64,000 nt of DNA from Octopus sinensis (GCF_006345805.1 NC_043022.1:21080001-21144000); one strand, 5' to 3'. Counted from the first letter of the stretch, positions 38,291 to 53,160 are shown. The notes: a model not told the origin generated them from the sequence alone. Numbers and translations are program-made.

Positions 38291-38401
38291 CCGACTAACA
38301 ACATGGGCACATTTTTCAGTGATGTATTCTGGGAGTTCATATTCACATTCAAATACATGCTGTGCCATATCAAAATGATTTACTGCTCCATCAATGGGAT
38401 A
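38291..38401 (-). CDS. RSKR: RSKR-like exon: YPIDGAVNHFDMAQHVFECEYELPEYITEKCAHVVSR
   Basis: Acceptor catttcag, donor gtatgt; 111 nt, phase 0/0. Not present in the ORF track; found by splice-phase reasoning. Confidence 0.9.
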
Positions 38402-38625
38402 CTGAAATGAAACAAAGATAAGAGATGAATATTCCATGTCACCCACACCAGCATTTCATGGTACTGTATTAGCAAAAGTAAAATGCAAACGTTTGAAAAA
38501 TATGAAGGAAAAATATAAAAGACTAGCAATATCGCCCGGCGTTGCTCGGGTTTGTGTCGACCCTTTAGAATTGGAATTTTTGAAAAGTTAAAATTTTGCA
38601 TTATGTAGCTTGTTATTCTCTTTAA

Positions 38626-38845
38626 CCCTTTATTGTTTAAACCGGCCATATCCGGCCAAAATATTCTACCTATTTTATGTTCAAACTAGTCAGATATGGT
38701 CATTCATAGCTACCTTATGGTGTCATTTTAAAAATAAACAATCACATCATTGAAATCTCAAAGCCATGAAATGATGCAAGATTAATTTTACATGGTGTGA
38801 ATACATAAGCTTTACATTTGACAGAATAATCTGAATGATAAAGGG
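38626..38845. mobile_element. Second piggyBac-type MITE family, nested in a Helentron-like element
   Basis: TTAA-CCCTTT...AAAGGG-TTAA. Relatives near 26445-26646 and 30857-31076. Confidence 0.72.
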
Positions 38846-39796
38846 TTAAGTGAACATTTTTCTGGTTGAAATACACCGAAAAATGGCGACACAGCAGTAA
38901 AAAAAAATAGGGATTTTCATAGAAAAAAAGCACCTTTTTGATGTAAATAATTTTTGGTGTTAACATGGTCCGATTTGAGCAAGCCTTCTTCTATCATACT
39001 CTCAATTTTGGTCAAGTAGCGCCGAAGGGTCTCGGAGGAGATAGTGCTAGTTGAAGGGTCTCGGAGGAGATAGTGCTAGTTGAAGGCTACCAAACCTGCC
39101 ATACACAGACAACTTCAGTTTTATATATAGAGAAATTAAGTATAGTGGTATTTTCAATAGCACTTGCATACAAAAGGAGCTTCTGTCAATGTATGTATGT
39201 ATGCATGTGTATACACACACACACACACCATCATTTAACTTCTGTTTTCTGTGTGGGGCATGGGTTTGACAGGAGATGGCAAGCTGGAGGGCTGCACCAG
39301 ATTCCAATTGTCTGTTGTGGCGTGGTTTCTACAGTTGGATGCCCTTCCAAATGCCAACCACTTTACAGAGTATACTGGGTACTTTTCATGTGGAGCCAGC
39401 ACGGGTAACTTTTTTTTACATGGCGCTGACATGGGTGTTTTCTGAGTGGGGCCGGCATAGGTGCTGATTATACAGCATTGGCACGGGTGCCTTTCACGTG
39501 GCACCAGCATGGGTGCTTCTCACATGATACCAACACGGGCTTTTTACATGGCACCAGTACCCATGGGGTGGCCAAGTGACTTGGAAGACAAGGATGTCTC
39601 ACCTGAGAGAGGGAAAGGAACTGAGAGAAGTGTTAGGCAAGAAATTAGAGTCTGACAGAAGATTCTTTGAAGGACAGTCAAGCTGAAGAATATTTTACAT
39701 ATCAAAAATATTTTGACCGGATATCGCCAGTTTAAATACTAAAGAGTTAAAAACTCATAAAGGGCCTTCAGAATAATTAAGAAATTTTAACCTCTA

Positions 39797-40108
<312 letters not shown>

Positions 40109-42000
40109 CTAGTATCAATCAATCAATGAATGTAACTGTTAATTTTGCAGATGAATATGAATGCTAATTATGCAGTTCTATTCTTTCATTCTTTTACTTG
40201 TTTCAGTCATTTGACTGTGGCCATGCTGGAGCACCATCTTTAGTCGAACAAATCAGCCCCAGCACTTATTCTTTGTAACCCTGGTACATATTCTTATCTG
40301 TCTCTTTTGCCGAACCACTAAGTTACGGGGACTTGAACACGTCAGCATCGGCTGTCAAGCGATTTTGGGGGGGATAAACACAGACACACACACACATATA
40401 TACATATACATATATACATGATGGGCTTCTTTCAGTTTCCGTCTACCAAATCCACTCACAAGGCTTTGGTCGGCCTGAGGCTATAATTGAAGAAGCTTGC
40501 CCAAGATGCCACGCAGTGGGATTGAACCTGGAACCATGTGGTTGGTAAGCAAGCTACTTACCACACAGCCACTCCTGCGCCTATTAAGTTGAATATAAAA
40601 AAAAATAGCTCCTTCTTGAGTCATGTAACCATGGATTTTCTGGCATCTATACCTACTGGGCCACTGGTCTGTTGCAAGAATGTACATTTTTGCCAGCTGA
40701 GTGAAGCAGAGCAATATGAAATGAAGTGTTTTGCTCTCTCGTACACAATATATTGCCTGGTCCAGGACTCACTGTCATCATCATTTAACGTCCATCTTCC
40801 ATGCTGGCATGGGTTGGACCTCGAAACCACTATCTCATGATCACGAGTCCATTACCCTATCCACCAAGCCACTGATCTCCGTGCGTTTGAAGATGACTGC
40901 TAATTTTGTAGCTGAACTCTGTTGGGGCAGATGCCTAATGATAAAGCTCAAAATCTCTATAGGGCTCGCACTTTCTATGGTCATTCAAAACCGTCCAAGG
41001 GTGGTCGTGCACTTCTTTACATTTCCCCAGTCACCCAGCAAAGCCATTAAAAAAAAAAAATCGATAGGCGCAGGAGTGGCTGTGGTAAGTAGCTTGCTTA
41101 CCAACCACATGGTTCCGGGTTCAGTCCCACTGTGTGGCACCTTGGGCAAGTGTCTTCTACTATAGCCTCGGGCCGACCAAAGCCTTGTGAGTGGATTTGG
41201 TAGACGGAAACTGAAAGAAGCCTGTCGTATATATGTACATATATATGTGTGTGCGTGTATGTGTTTGTCCCCCTAGCATTGCTTGACAACCGATGCTGGT
41301 GTGTTTACGTCCCCATTACTTAGCGGTTCGGCAAAAGAGACTGATAGAATAAGTCCCGGGGTCGAGTTGCTCGATTAAAGGCGGTGCTCCAGCATGGCCG
41401 CAGTCAAACGACTGAAACAAGTAAAAGAGTAAACCGACCCCTTATGTTTCAGGTAATACAAGGGACGTGACTCACTCCAGCAATTTCAACTAAAGATATT
41501 AAAAAAATTGCAAGGGAAATAACTCTTTATATACATATGAACACTATACAAATATTCTTTAAAAAAAAACTTTTCTTTTAATTTTTCTAAATTTAATTAT
41601 TTAATTGTTACAGTTGAAAAGGTCTCAATGACTGAAACCGGTACTGAAATGTTCTTTATAAAATTATTTTAGCATTTTCTATCCTGACTTGTGTTTTCAG
41701 CCTCGGCCGTTGCCAGCCTCTGTGCCGGTGGCACGTAAAAAGCACCATCCGATTGTGGCCGTTGCCAGCCCCGTCTGGCACCTGTGCGGGTGGCACGTAA
41801 AAAGCACCCACTATACACTCACGGAGTGGTTGGCGTTAGGTCCTCCTTCTCTGCCCATTCTTCCTAGGAGGGTTGTCAGAGTAGAGTCCTCAGGCACCTC
41901 TTCTATGCAAAACAGAAATACTAAATATATTTTTATTAATGACTAACGATTCTGCCAGTCTGCTACCTTATTTATTAATTAATATAATGTTACGACTTAC

Positions 42001-42090
42001 CCATATACTGTAAAGTCCCACATACTGTCCGAGTCTTCTCTCCAATGTGCAGCCATTTAGCTAAGCCGAAGTCAGTGACCTGGATATGAC
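42001..42090 (-). CDS. RSKR: RSKR-like exon: [31 protein letters not shown] (DFG, activation loop)
   Basis: Acceptor atttcag, donor gtaagt; 90 nt, phase 1/1. TxCGTLQYM is typical of RSKR. Confidence 0.96.
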
Positions 42091-42353
42091 CTGAAATGTT
42101 AAAAGCAAAATATTTTAGATTGAAAAGTGTTAACATTGTAAGCGTTCTTTTATTCTTTTTACTTGTTTCAGTCACGTGACTGCGGCCATGCTGGAGCACC
42201 GCCTCGAGTCGAACAAATTGACCCCAGGACTTATTCTTTGTAAGTCTAGCACTTACTCTATCAGTCTCTTTTGCCGAACTGCTAGGTTACAGGGACGTAA
42301 ACACACCAGCATCAGTTGTCAAGCAATGGTGGGAGGACAAACACAAAATATAA

Positions 42354-42386
<33 letters not shown>

Positions 42387-43364
42387 CATACATATACATA
42401 TATATACATATACACACATATACATACACTCACACACACATATATATATCATCATCATCATCGTTTAACGTCCGTTCTCCATGCTAGCATGGGTTGGACG
42501 GTTCGACCGGGGATCTGGGAAGCCAGAAGGCTGCACCAGGCTCCAGTCTTATCTGGCAGTGTTTCTACAGCTGGATGCCCTTCCTAACGCCAACCACTCC
42601 GTGAGTGTAGTGGGTGCTTTTTACGTGCCACCTGCACAGGTGCCAGGCGAGGCTGGCAACGGCCACGGTCGGATTGGTGAATTTTATGTGCCACCGGCAC
42701 GGAAGCCAGACGAGGCGGTGCTGGCATCGGCCACGAGTCGGATGGTGCTTTTTACGTACCACCAAACCAGGGATCCTGGCTGGTTCAATTCGATTTCGAT
42801 TTCACTTGCCCCAACATGTCTTCGCAAGCAAGGGGGTTGGCATGGGTGCCTGTTGTACGGTCAGATTGGTGTATTTTACGTGCCGCCGGCACGGAAGCCA
42901 GTGGAGGCGGCACTGGCATCGGCCACAAGTCGGATAGTGCTTTTTACGTACCACCAGACCAGGGAACCTGGCTGGTTCAATTCGATTTCACTTGCCCCAA
43001 CATGTCTTCGCAAGCAAGGGGGTTGGCATGGGTGCCTGTCGTACGGTCAGATTGGTGTATTTTACGTACGGGGATGTAAACACTCCAGCATCGGTTGTCA
43101 AGTGATGTTGGCGGGACAAACACAGACACACAAACATATACATATATATATACATATACACGACAGGCTTCTTTTAGTTTCCGTCTATCAAATCCACTCA
43201 CCAGGCTTTGGTCGGCCTGAGGCTATAGTAGAAGACTCTTGCCCAAGGTGCCACGCAGTGGGACTGAACCCAGAACTATGTGGTTCATAAGCAAGCTACT
43301 TACCACACAGCCACTCCTACACATGTATATAATAATTCAGAGATATATATCTTGTGGTACTTAC

Positions 43365-43392
43365 CATCATAATCAAAAAGTATATTCTCCAT
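43365..43392 (-). CDS. RSKR: RSKR-like 28-nt exon: MENILFDYD-G
   Basis: Acceptor tttgtag, donor gtaagt; phase 0/1. Completes RDxKxEN. Confidence 0.9.
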
Positions 43393-44962
43393 CTACAAAT
43401 AAGAGAGAAATATATTAAAAATGGATATTTATTAGGAGAAGGTTTACATAATTCATGTTAAGAAACAGTACAGCACTTTTAGAAGAAGGCAGCTCATTGC
43501 ACCACTGTTCTGAGTTCTAATTATTATGAGATCAATATTTCCTTTTAATTACATCATTATCACCATTTTCATTTAATAGAGTGTGATCGTTACTAGCATT
43601 ACCTTACTGGCACTTGTGCCAGTGGCATGTGAAAAAACATTCGAGCGATGTTGTTGCCAGTGTCGCCGGACTGGCTCCTGTGCAGGTGGCACGTAAAAAA
43701 TATCATTTGAGTGTGGCTGTTGTCAGTACCACATGACTGGCCCTCATGCCGGTGGCCCGTAAAAGCACCCACTACACACTCGGAGTGGTTGGCGTCTGCT
43801 TTTCATGCTAGCATGGGTTGGACGGTTTGACTGTGGGCTGGCGAACCAGATGGCTGCACCAGTCTCCAGTCTTGATCTGGCAGAGTTTCTACAGCTTGAT
43901 GCCCTTCCTAACGCCAACCACTCCAAGAGTGTAGTGGGTGCTTTTACGTGCCACCGGCACGGGGGCCAGCCAGGCGGTACTGGCAACAACCTCACTCAAA
44001 TTTTTTTTACACATGCCAACGGCACAGGTGCCAGTAAGGCGATGCTGGTAATGATCCCGCTCGAATGGTGCCTCCTACATTTGATCGTTACCAGCATGAT
44101 GTGTTTACATTTCAGTGTCTTCTCAGGAACTGATTGTGGCCTTTCAAAACTCGTGCTTCACTGCTGGGTCATGTGTATCCTTCCGCGGCATAGTACGACT
44201 ATGCTATACTACCACAATAAAATAGTGCTGACATGCCTCGCTACAAATTCAACACCCTAATCACTAAGCCATGCACCTCCAGCTTCAATTAAGTGGGGGA
44301 GTATTATTGAAGGAGGTGGGTTTGTGCGAGGTGACAAGAGGCCAGAGACAGGAACAGGTGTCTTGCTGCAAGGCAATATATAGTTACCCAGTTGGAAAAG
44401 AAGAAAGATGGCAGTGAAGATGTTTCAAGATGTACCTTTATGCTACAGGTGGAGGCGCAATGGCCCAGTGGTTAGGGCAGCGGACTCGCGGTCGTAGGAT
44501 CGCGGTTTCGATTCCCAGACCGAGCGTTGTGAGTGTTTATTGAGCGAAAACACCTATAACTCCACGAGGCTCCGGCAGGGATGGTGGTGATCCCTGCTGT
44601 ACTCTTTCACCACAACTTTCTCTCACTCTTACTTCCTGTTTCTGTTGCACCTGTATTTCAAAGGGCTGGCCTTGTCACTCTCTGTGTCACACTGAATATC
44701 CCCGAGAACTACGTTAAGGGTACACGTGTCTGTGGAGTGCTCAGCCACTTACACATTAATTTTACGAGCAGGCTGTTCCGTTGATTGGATCAACCGGAAC
44801 CCTTGTCGTCGTAACCGACAGAGTGCTTCCATTATGCTACAGAAAGATAAATTACAAGAAAGAAACTTGCTCTGAAGATTCAGTGACAGAAATCCTAATG
44901 TTTTTGTTTTTGTTGGTGAAAAAAAAAAGTGGGGATGGATTTAAAGATTTTCAATTACTTAC

Positions 44963-45003
44963 TTTCATATCTCTATAAATAACTCCAGATTTATGAAGAT
45001 AAC
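44963..45003 (-). CDS. RSKR: RSKR-like 41-nt exon: S-YLHKSGVIYRDMK (catalytic loop)
   Basis: Acceptor aattctag, donor gtaagt; phase 1/0. Confidence 0.92.
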
Positions 45004-46460
45004 CTAGAATTTAAAAAATATGGAAAAGAAATATGTTTATATAATAAAGATTTTTGACTTTTTGAAATTTTATGGAGTACTAATTTAAAACATAACCCTT
45101 TCGTTACTCTCTCTTTTACTTGTTTCAGTCATTTGACTGCGACCATGCTGGAGCACCACCTTTAATCGAGCAACTCGACCGCAAGACTTATTCTTTTGTA
45201 AGCCCAGTACTTATTCTATCGGTCTCTTTTGCCGAACCGCTAAGTAACGGGGACATAAACACACCAGCATCGGTTGTCAAGCAATGGTAGGAGGACAAAC
45301 ACAGACACACAAACACACACACGCATATATATATATATATATATATATGACGGGCTTCTTTCAGTTTCCGTCTACCAAATCCACTCACAAGGCTTTGGTC
45401 GGCCCGAGGCTAGAGTAGAAGACACTTGCCCAAGGTGCCACGCAGTGGGACTGAACCCGGAACCATGTGGTTGGTAAACAAGCTACTTACCACACAGCCA
45501 CTCCTGCGCCTATTCTGTGTTACTGTATTTATTTTGAGATTCCCTGTGTTTCTTTCAATTAATTTTAAATATAACAAAGAATTTAGTAAAATAATTTAGT
45601 TATCATTAAGCTAGCGTTAGGAACATAAATTGTGTCTAAGGTTTGGTAGAAGATTTTAATTCAAATCTTATGAAAACAAGATATTTATACTCAGAGCCAG
45701 ACCAGTTTTAGCTGGGTTGGTAACAAAAGGGTTAAAGTTCAATTTTTTTTTTTTTATCATCATCAACATCTGAGAGAGAAGTGATTGTGTATTAGAAATG
45801 ATCCAGGGTAAAGAGAATCTTTAGTTTGGGATGGATCATCTGACTATATTTATAAGGGCCAAATGGGAAAGGCAGAATTTCAAATGACCTAAAGATCAGA
45901 AGACTAAAAGCTTGAAAGCCAGAATACTTACAACATCGAATTTTGAAATATTGTAATCGGAATCGAAATTGAACCAATCCTATGACTGGCACCCAGCAGA
46001 TGCCAGGACCCCTGGACTGGTGGTACGAAAAAAGCACCATCCGAATCGTGGCCTATGCCAGCGCCGCCTCGACTTGCTTCCGTGCCGTTGGCACGTAAAA
46101 TGCACCAATCCGACCGTGGCTGTTGCCAGCCTCGCCTGGCACCAGTGCAGGTGGCACGTAAAAAGCACCCACTACACTCACGGAGTGGTTGGCGTTAGGA
46201 AGGGCATCCAGCTGTAGAAACATTGCCAGATAAGACTGGAGCCTGGTGCAGCCTTCTGGCTTCCCAGATCCCCGGTCGAACCATCCAACCCATGCTAGCA
46301 TCGAGAACGGACGTTAAACGATGATGATGATGATGATAATGATGACAATATGAAAAACAGTCTTAAAAATAGTTTTATTACAATTTTTAAAATGAGAGTA
46401 GTTAAATGATGATGATGATGATATAATGACTACAAGAGTTCTGAAACAATTTATACTTAC

Positions 46461-46568
46461 TCAGGACTACGGCTAATTCAGCTATATGATAGCGAACAAG
46501 TTCCTCGGGGAAATATCCATGATAGCTCCACAGCGTGAACATATCACCATACGGAACATACGTAAGAA
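46461..46568 (-). CDS. RSKR: RSKR-like exon: V-LTYVPYGDMFTLWSYHGYFPEELVRYHIAELAVVL-S
   Basis: Acceptor tttttcag, donor gtaagt; 108 nt, phase 1/1. Hinge plus helix E. Confidence 0.93.
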
Positions 46569-48292
46569 CTGAAAAATGAAAAGAGGAAGAAGAAAATTTA
46601 ATTAAAGAAAAACATGGTAAATGATCACATTAACTCTTTAGCAATCATATTTCTGCTTTTATATTATTTTATATTATTTTGCCAAAAGCAATGCTTATTT
46701 ATTCACATTGTTTTGAATTAATCATGCATTGTTTTGCAATCCTGGGAGTTTCTTTTCAATTCAATTCAATTATCATGTAGGGGGACAGGGAGTTATGTAC
46801 AGGGAGGGTGGTCATACAAAGAGTTCAGGCTATTTCTGGTCAAGAGAGACTTTGGACCGAGCGGTCGTCAGCATGTTCACTATCTCGTCCGGCAGCTTAT
46901 TCCACGGATCCGCAACCCGGACGGAGAAAGCCCCTCTCCTTCGATTGAGATAAAATCGTCATAGGTAGAGCTTTCCGGAGTGACCCAGCAGCCCACGCTC
47001 TGGAGCAGGAGTGAAGAACAGCTCTTTCGAGAGGTTACACTTTCCGCTTATGATGTTGTGAGCGAGAATGAGATCACCACGGCATTTAAATGAGTTTATA
47101 TGAGGTAACAGTTAATTTTTAGATTGATAATGTAGGGTTGATGTGAGAGGCCAGATATACTCTTTTTACTCTTTTACTTGTTTCAGTCATTTGACTGTGG
47201 CCATGCTGCAGCACCGCCTTTAGTCGAGCAACTCGACCCCGGGACTTATTCTTTGTAAGCCCAGTACTTATTCTATCGGTCTCTTTTGCCGAACTGCTAA
47301 GTGACGGGGACATAAACACAATGCAAGGGGGACAAACACAGACACACAAACACACACATATATATATACATATATACGACAGGCTTCTTTCAGTTTCTGT
47401 CTACCAAATCCACTCACAAGGCATTGGTCGGCCGGGGCTATAGCAGAAGACACTCACCCAAGATGCCACGCAGTGGGACTGAACCTGGAACCATGTGGTT
47501 GGTTAGCAAGCTACTTACCACACAGCCACTCCTGCGCCTATCTTCATTTTGAACATAAAACAGGTAGAATATTTGGGCTAGATATAACCAGATTGAATAC
47601 CAAAGGGTTTATCCTTTAGTTTTTACATTATTCTGTCAAAAACATTGCTTATTTATTGTTTTGAATTAATCATGCATTATCTCATAGCTTTGAGATTTTG
47701 AGGAGGTAACTCTTTAATTTTTAGAATATCCTGTTGAGGCAAGTGAAATTGAAACCAAAATCAAAATCAAAGTGAAATTCGATGATGGGCACAAGCACCA
47801 TACGAGCATGATCGTTGACAGAGCGGCTAACCGGCTTCCGTGCCGGTGGCATGTAGGAGGCACCATTCGAGCGGGATCATTACCAGCATCACCTTACTGG
47901 CACCTGTGCTGTTGGCATGTGTAAAAAATTCGAGTGAGGTCGTTGCCAGTACCGCCTGACTGGCCCCTGTGCCGGTGCCACATAAAAGCACCCACTACAC
48001 TCTCAGAGTGGTTGGCATTATGAAGGGCATTAAACTGTAGAAACTCTGCCAGATCAAGACTGGAGCCTGGTGCAGCCATCTGGTTCGCCAGCCCACAGTC
48101 AAACCGTCCAACCCATGCTAGCACCGAAAGCGGACGTTAAATGATGATGTGTGAGCAGCTACATCTGATTAGTTTGAATAAAACAGGTAAAATATTTGGG
48201 CCAGATATGGCAGATTTAAATGCTAAAGGTTTAAATTATCTAGAATTTAGTAAAATTACTTTATCAATATGCCTGTCTTGTGTATTATATAC

Positions 48293-48828
48293 TAGCACTA
48301 TGACCCGGCAGGTCACTTTCGAGTGCTACTGGTAACATGTAACCCAGTACAACCTGTTGCATGGTCGGGTCGTAGGCAACCCCAACAAGCTTGCTTGGTG
48401 AGAAGGGTGTTTATTGGACACCCTGCGGGATGAAAAACAAAACCCGTCAAAGGGCAGAGGAACTCTTGAGAGTCAACAGCCATCCAATAAATGTCTTAAG
48501 GCTGTATCATGCACGGGAACATAGAAATAATCGGACTGAATACCCGATCGTGCGGTTAAACCATTGGGAGTGAAGGACTCCTAGCCTTTGTTAGGGCATC
48601 CTTCTAGGAGAAGGTAACTCAGGTAACTGGAATAACTCCAACATAAAACCTGCGGCTCAGTGGTTACCGATGATGTTGACTTGTTCTTCTGTTGCTTAGT
48701 GAGTGGGATTGACTCTATGCACAGCCTTTCCTTACTTTAAAAAAAAATCTTCTTGCACAGGCATTGCACGATAACAACATTGATTAAGCTTCATACAATG
48801 GCCATACTCGAAAACGAGGGGGCAGCCA

Positions 48829-48830
<2 letters not shown>
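48293..48830 (+). mobile_element. Element resembling an RTE-type 5' leader
   Basis: ctaggagaaggtaactc...aaacc motif recalled from RTE leaders; the part at 48590-48750 recurs at 22417-22575. Confidence 0.45.
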
Positions 48831-48897
<67 letters not shown>

Positions 48898-49434
48898 TGA
48901 CATGTATCATTTAATATACAAATTATTTAAATAAGAACTTTTATGATGGTGTTTTCAGAGCATGAAACTATTAGCAGCTCATATTTTGATACTATGTATA
49001 TTAGAATGATATTTATCACTTGCTGGATGGAGTACTTTTTTTGTTTCTCCTGTCTATAATGTAACAGTAAACCACACACACATGTAGCACACACGCACAT
49101 ACATGTAGCACACACATACACACACACACGCACATGTAGCACACACATGTATAGTGCATCATATGAGATGTAGAAGACACTTGGCTGATAATCTAAGGCA
49201 GTGCTTTTCAAACTTTTTGCTGGAGTGGAACCCCAAGGAAACATTCCACTGGCTTGAGGAACCCCTGTGCAATAATTTAATAGTCTTATGCACACATATC
49301 TGCACAGGAGAATTAAAATTTACTGCCGATTTTAGCAGTTTTGTAACTTCTTGCGGAACCCCTGGACTGTACTGGCGGAACCCTGGTTGAAAACCACTGA
49401 TCTAAGGTCTCATTTTGCAGAAAATGGAACTTAC

Positions 49435-49507
49435 CTATATAAAGATAGCTTCGAGATTGCCAAAACTCTAAGACTTTCACAAGAAACGGATGGTGACCCA
49501 GCATCGA
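49435..49507 (-). CDS. RSKR: RSKR-like exon: SMLGHHPFLVKVLEFWQSRSYLYI-V
   Basis: Acceptor cttttgtag, donor gtaagt; 73 nt, phase 0/1. Contains the HPF..L...WQ....LYI motif. Confidence 0.93.
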
Positions 49508-51193
49508 CTACAAAAGAACGTTTTTAGATTACTAGAACACTTGAAGTTTGATTAACAGGAGAAACAAGACTTTCTTAGCTTTAGAAAAGCAGTAATTGAC
49601 TTTAAAAGGATACAGAGATAATGAAAATTTCAGATCAGGGTCTTTACAATACTGCTTTCTAACAGGCAGAAAGCCACATATTTTTAGAGAGGAATGCAGT
49701 TGTTATTAATCCCAGTATTTTACAGGGACATCTTTTATCATTATTCGGACTTTTTTGGTTTGAACGGCAGTTTTTAACATAATTTCTAGGTAACTCAAAA
49801 ATTTTAAACTTCGTATACTGGTAGAATGTGTTTATAAAACATCTTTTTCTCTAGGCTTTATTGAGAAAATTCTATAGCTTGTATGATATTTGTTGTTTTT
49901 TTTCTTCAATTTCTGCAATTTCAACCAATCAATGACGTCTATTGAGGTGAAAACATTCTGTGCCGTATGAATATGTCGCTTGTTTAAGAAACAGATTGGG
50001 TTTATTTACATTTGTGAAGAAAAAAAAGATACCCTTCCCCCACCCCTAACTCTAAAAGAGATTGAAATGCAATAGATCGATTCTAGGGTCATAATTATGG
50101 GTGACAATTTCATGACACCACTAGAAAAAACTGCCGTTCAATCTGAAAAGATCCCATATTTCTTTATTACCCACAAGGGGCTAAATATAGAGGAGACAAA
50201 CAAGGACAGACAAATGGATTAAGTCGATTACATCAACCCCAGTGCGTAACTGGTACTTAATTTATCGATCCCGAAAAGATGAAAGGCAAAGTCGACCTCG
50301 GCGGAATTTGAACTCAGAACACAGCGGCGGACGAAATACCACAAAGCATTTCGCCCGGCGTGCTAACGTTTCTGCCACGTCGCCACCTTTGACAGGGACA
50401 TCTTTTATCAATCTTGTGTTTATGAAGTACAATGTTGCATGGTAGAGAAAACGTGGGCTTTATATGAAGAGGATGCAAGAGGACTGGAGAGAAATGAAGT
50501 AAACATGCTCTGTTGGATGTGTAATGTTAGTGCGCTTAAGTAATGAGATACAGATGAGCTTTGAAAAAAAAAATTATATTTTCTGGCATACACATTGGTA
50601 TAGTATATAGAATAAACATACAAACATTGTCGTTATTTTTCCAAATCCTGCAGCATTTCACATGGAATTTCTGATCCACTTGATTTTTTTGCAATAAATT
50701 TTTGTCTGAAAATTTCAATTTACTGTATTTTAACGTGTATAAAGAACCCTGTTTTGTCAAAAATTAGGTTAAAAAAATATGGGAGTTTTTTATACATGGA
50801 TAGTATTATAATCCCTTGCAAAACCTTTTTCCAAATTTTAAGCCCCAAAAATAAGGGGTTTCTCGTACACGTTAAAATACGGTATATGCCGGAGAATACA
50901 GTAACAGGAATCAGATGTAGTGTACTAAGGAAACAACTGCATTTATATGGATATGTAATGTGTGTTGATGGTAAAAGTTGGGTAAAGAAGTGTCAGGAGA
51001 TTGAAATGGAAGGGAACTATGGAAAAGAAAGACCGAGAAAAAGATTGGTGAGGTATGCAGATCTCAGGATGCTGACCCTCATAAAGGAGATAACAGAATA
51101 CAACAAGTAGTAAGATGCTGTGTTGGAGATGTAAGCATGGAAGAGTGGATGCAAATGATGTCTGACTAAACACTTAAAAACGGATGTTTGTAC

Positions 51194-51262
51194 CTGAATG
51201 CAGGCTTCATCTTTACACTGTTGAACAGCATTTTCAAGAATAATCTGTCGCTTTTCCAGCAC
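51194..51262 (-). CDS. RSKR: RSKR-like exon: VLEKRQIILENAVQQCKDEACIQ (helix C)
   Basis: Acceptor ttttgcag, donor gtacaa; 69 nt, phase 0/0. QCKDE matches RSKR QCKEE. Confidence 0.92.
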
Positions 51263-53076
51263 CTGCAAAATAACACAATGACAATGTAGGACTATATTGG
51301 CTAAAAACACACACACACACACACACGGACATGCACATATCATCATCATCATCGTTTAACGTCCGCTTTCCATGCTAGCATGGGTTGGACGGTTCAACTG
51401 GGGTCTGGGAAGCCAGATGGCTGCACCAGGCCCAGTCTGATCTGGTAGTGTTTCTACAGCTGGATGCCCTTCCTAACGCCAACCACTCCGTGAGTGTAGT
51501 GGGTGCTTTTTATGTGCCACCGGCACAGGTGCCAGACGGGGCTGGCAACACATTATTAGAAAACATTTTTGACTCAACATCAAGACTATTGAAAAGGTTG
51601 CAAGACGCAATGAAAATTTTAGGAAAATAAAAATAAGATATAAGTGGAAATTTTACCAGTGAGTGTGTTAAATTATAAGGCACAAAAAGAAAATGACTCT
51701 CCCCAAACACAACAGCATATGCTCCAGCACCTTCGAACTCATCTAAAGAATCTTGCAAACCAAATCCAAAAAAGAAACATCAATTGAAAAGTTAATGTCT
51801 GAAAAGAAAATGGAATTTTCTCTACAGCATGGCTGTGTGGTTATGATGCTTGCTTTGTAACTACGCAGTTTTGGGTTCAGTCCCACAGTGTAGCTTCTTG
51901 GGCAAGTGAGAAAAAATAATTTAATTGAACTTCCTAGCATCAGAAATTTCTCAGACAGAGAGCAAACATTCAACCAAATAAACAAATGACATGGGCCAAA
52001 ATAATGCCACAACTTAAATGCTTAGACATTAAGTTTCATTATCATCATTTAATGCCTGTTTTCAATGCTGGCATGGGTTAGACGGTTTGACAAGAGCTGG
52101 CAAGTTGGAGGACTGCACCAGGCCCAAGTCGTCTCTTTTGGTATGGTTTCTACAGCTGGATGACCTTATACATTGTACTGGGTGCTTTTATTTGGGACTG
52201 GTACAGGTGCTTTTTTATGTGGCGGCAGCACCGGTGTTTTTATGTGGTGCTGGTATGAGTACTTTTTACATATCATTGGCATGAGCGCTCTTTATGTGGA
52301 GCCAGTCCCCTCAGAGTAGCCAAGTGGCCTGCAAGACCAGAATATCTCAGCTGTGTGAGAGAGAAAGAGAAGGGGAAATGAGAGAAGTGGCTGTGTGTCA
52401 GGTGAGAGGTTGGGGAATGATAGAGGTTCAGGGATAGCTATCTTATTTCTTTACTGCCCACAAGGGGCTACACACAGAGGGGACAAACAAGGACTGACAA
52501 ATGGATTAAGTTGATTATATCGACCCCAGTGCGTAACTGGTACTTATTTAATCGACCCTGAAAGGATGAAAGGCAAAGTCCACCTTGGCGGAATTTGAAT
52601 TCAGAACGTAGCAGCAGACGAAATACCGCTAAGCATCACCCAGAGTGCTAACGTTTCTTATTTCTTTATTGCCCACAAGGGGCTAAACATAGAGGGGACA
52701 AACAAGGACAGACAAAGGGATTAAGTCAATTACATCGACTCCAGTGCGAACTGGTACATATTTAATCGACCCTGAAAAGATGAAAGGCAAAGTCGACCTC
52801 AGCAGAATTTGAACTCAGAACATAGCAGCAGACGAAATACTGCTAAGCATTTCGCCCGGTGTGCTAACGTTTCTGCCAGCTCGCTGTCCTACTACAGAGG
52901 TGACGCTTAATGACCCCCAATAGGGAGAAGGAAGTAGAGGGCGGTAGGAGAGAAGAGAGAACGATAGGAATAGTCAGAGTGAGGGAGCACAAACACTAAA
53001 GTTCACTTTAATATGTGGTGGTCACTTCACATCAAGTGAAACAGAAAAATCCATAAAGAGCATAGCAAATACTGAC

Positions 53077-53160
53077 CTTAACAGCATAGAACTGTTTTTC
53101 ATCATCTCTGTGGACTTTCAAGACATTCCCATAAGCTCCTTTAGCAATAACGGACATTAG
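53077..53160 (-). CDS. RSKR: RSKR-like exon: LMSVIAKGAYGNVLKVHRDDEKQFYAVK (Gly loop, catalytic Lys)
   Basis: Acceptor cacttcag, donor gtcagt; 84 nt, phase 0/0. Confidence 0.93.

Noticed and set aside
42481-43290. 269-aa ORF and the many recurring MLAWVGRFD / FLQLDALPNANHS / [15 protein letters not shown] peptides
   Set aside because: Open frames in dispersed SINE and LINE-3'-UTR repeats; no splice or homology support.
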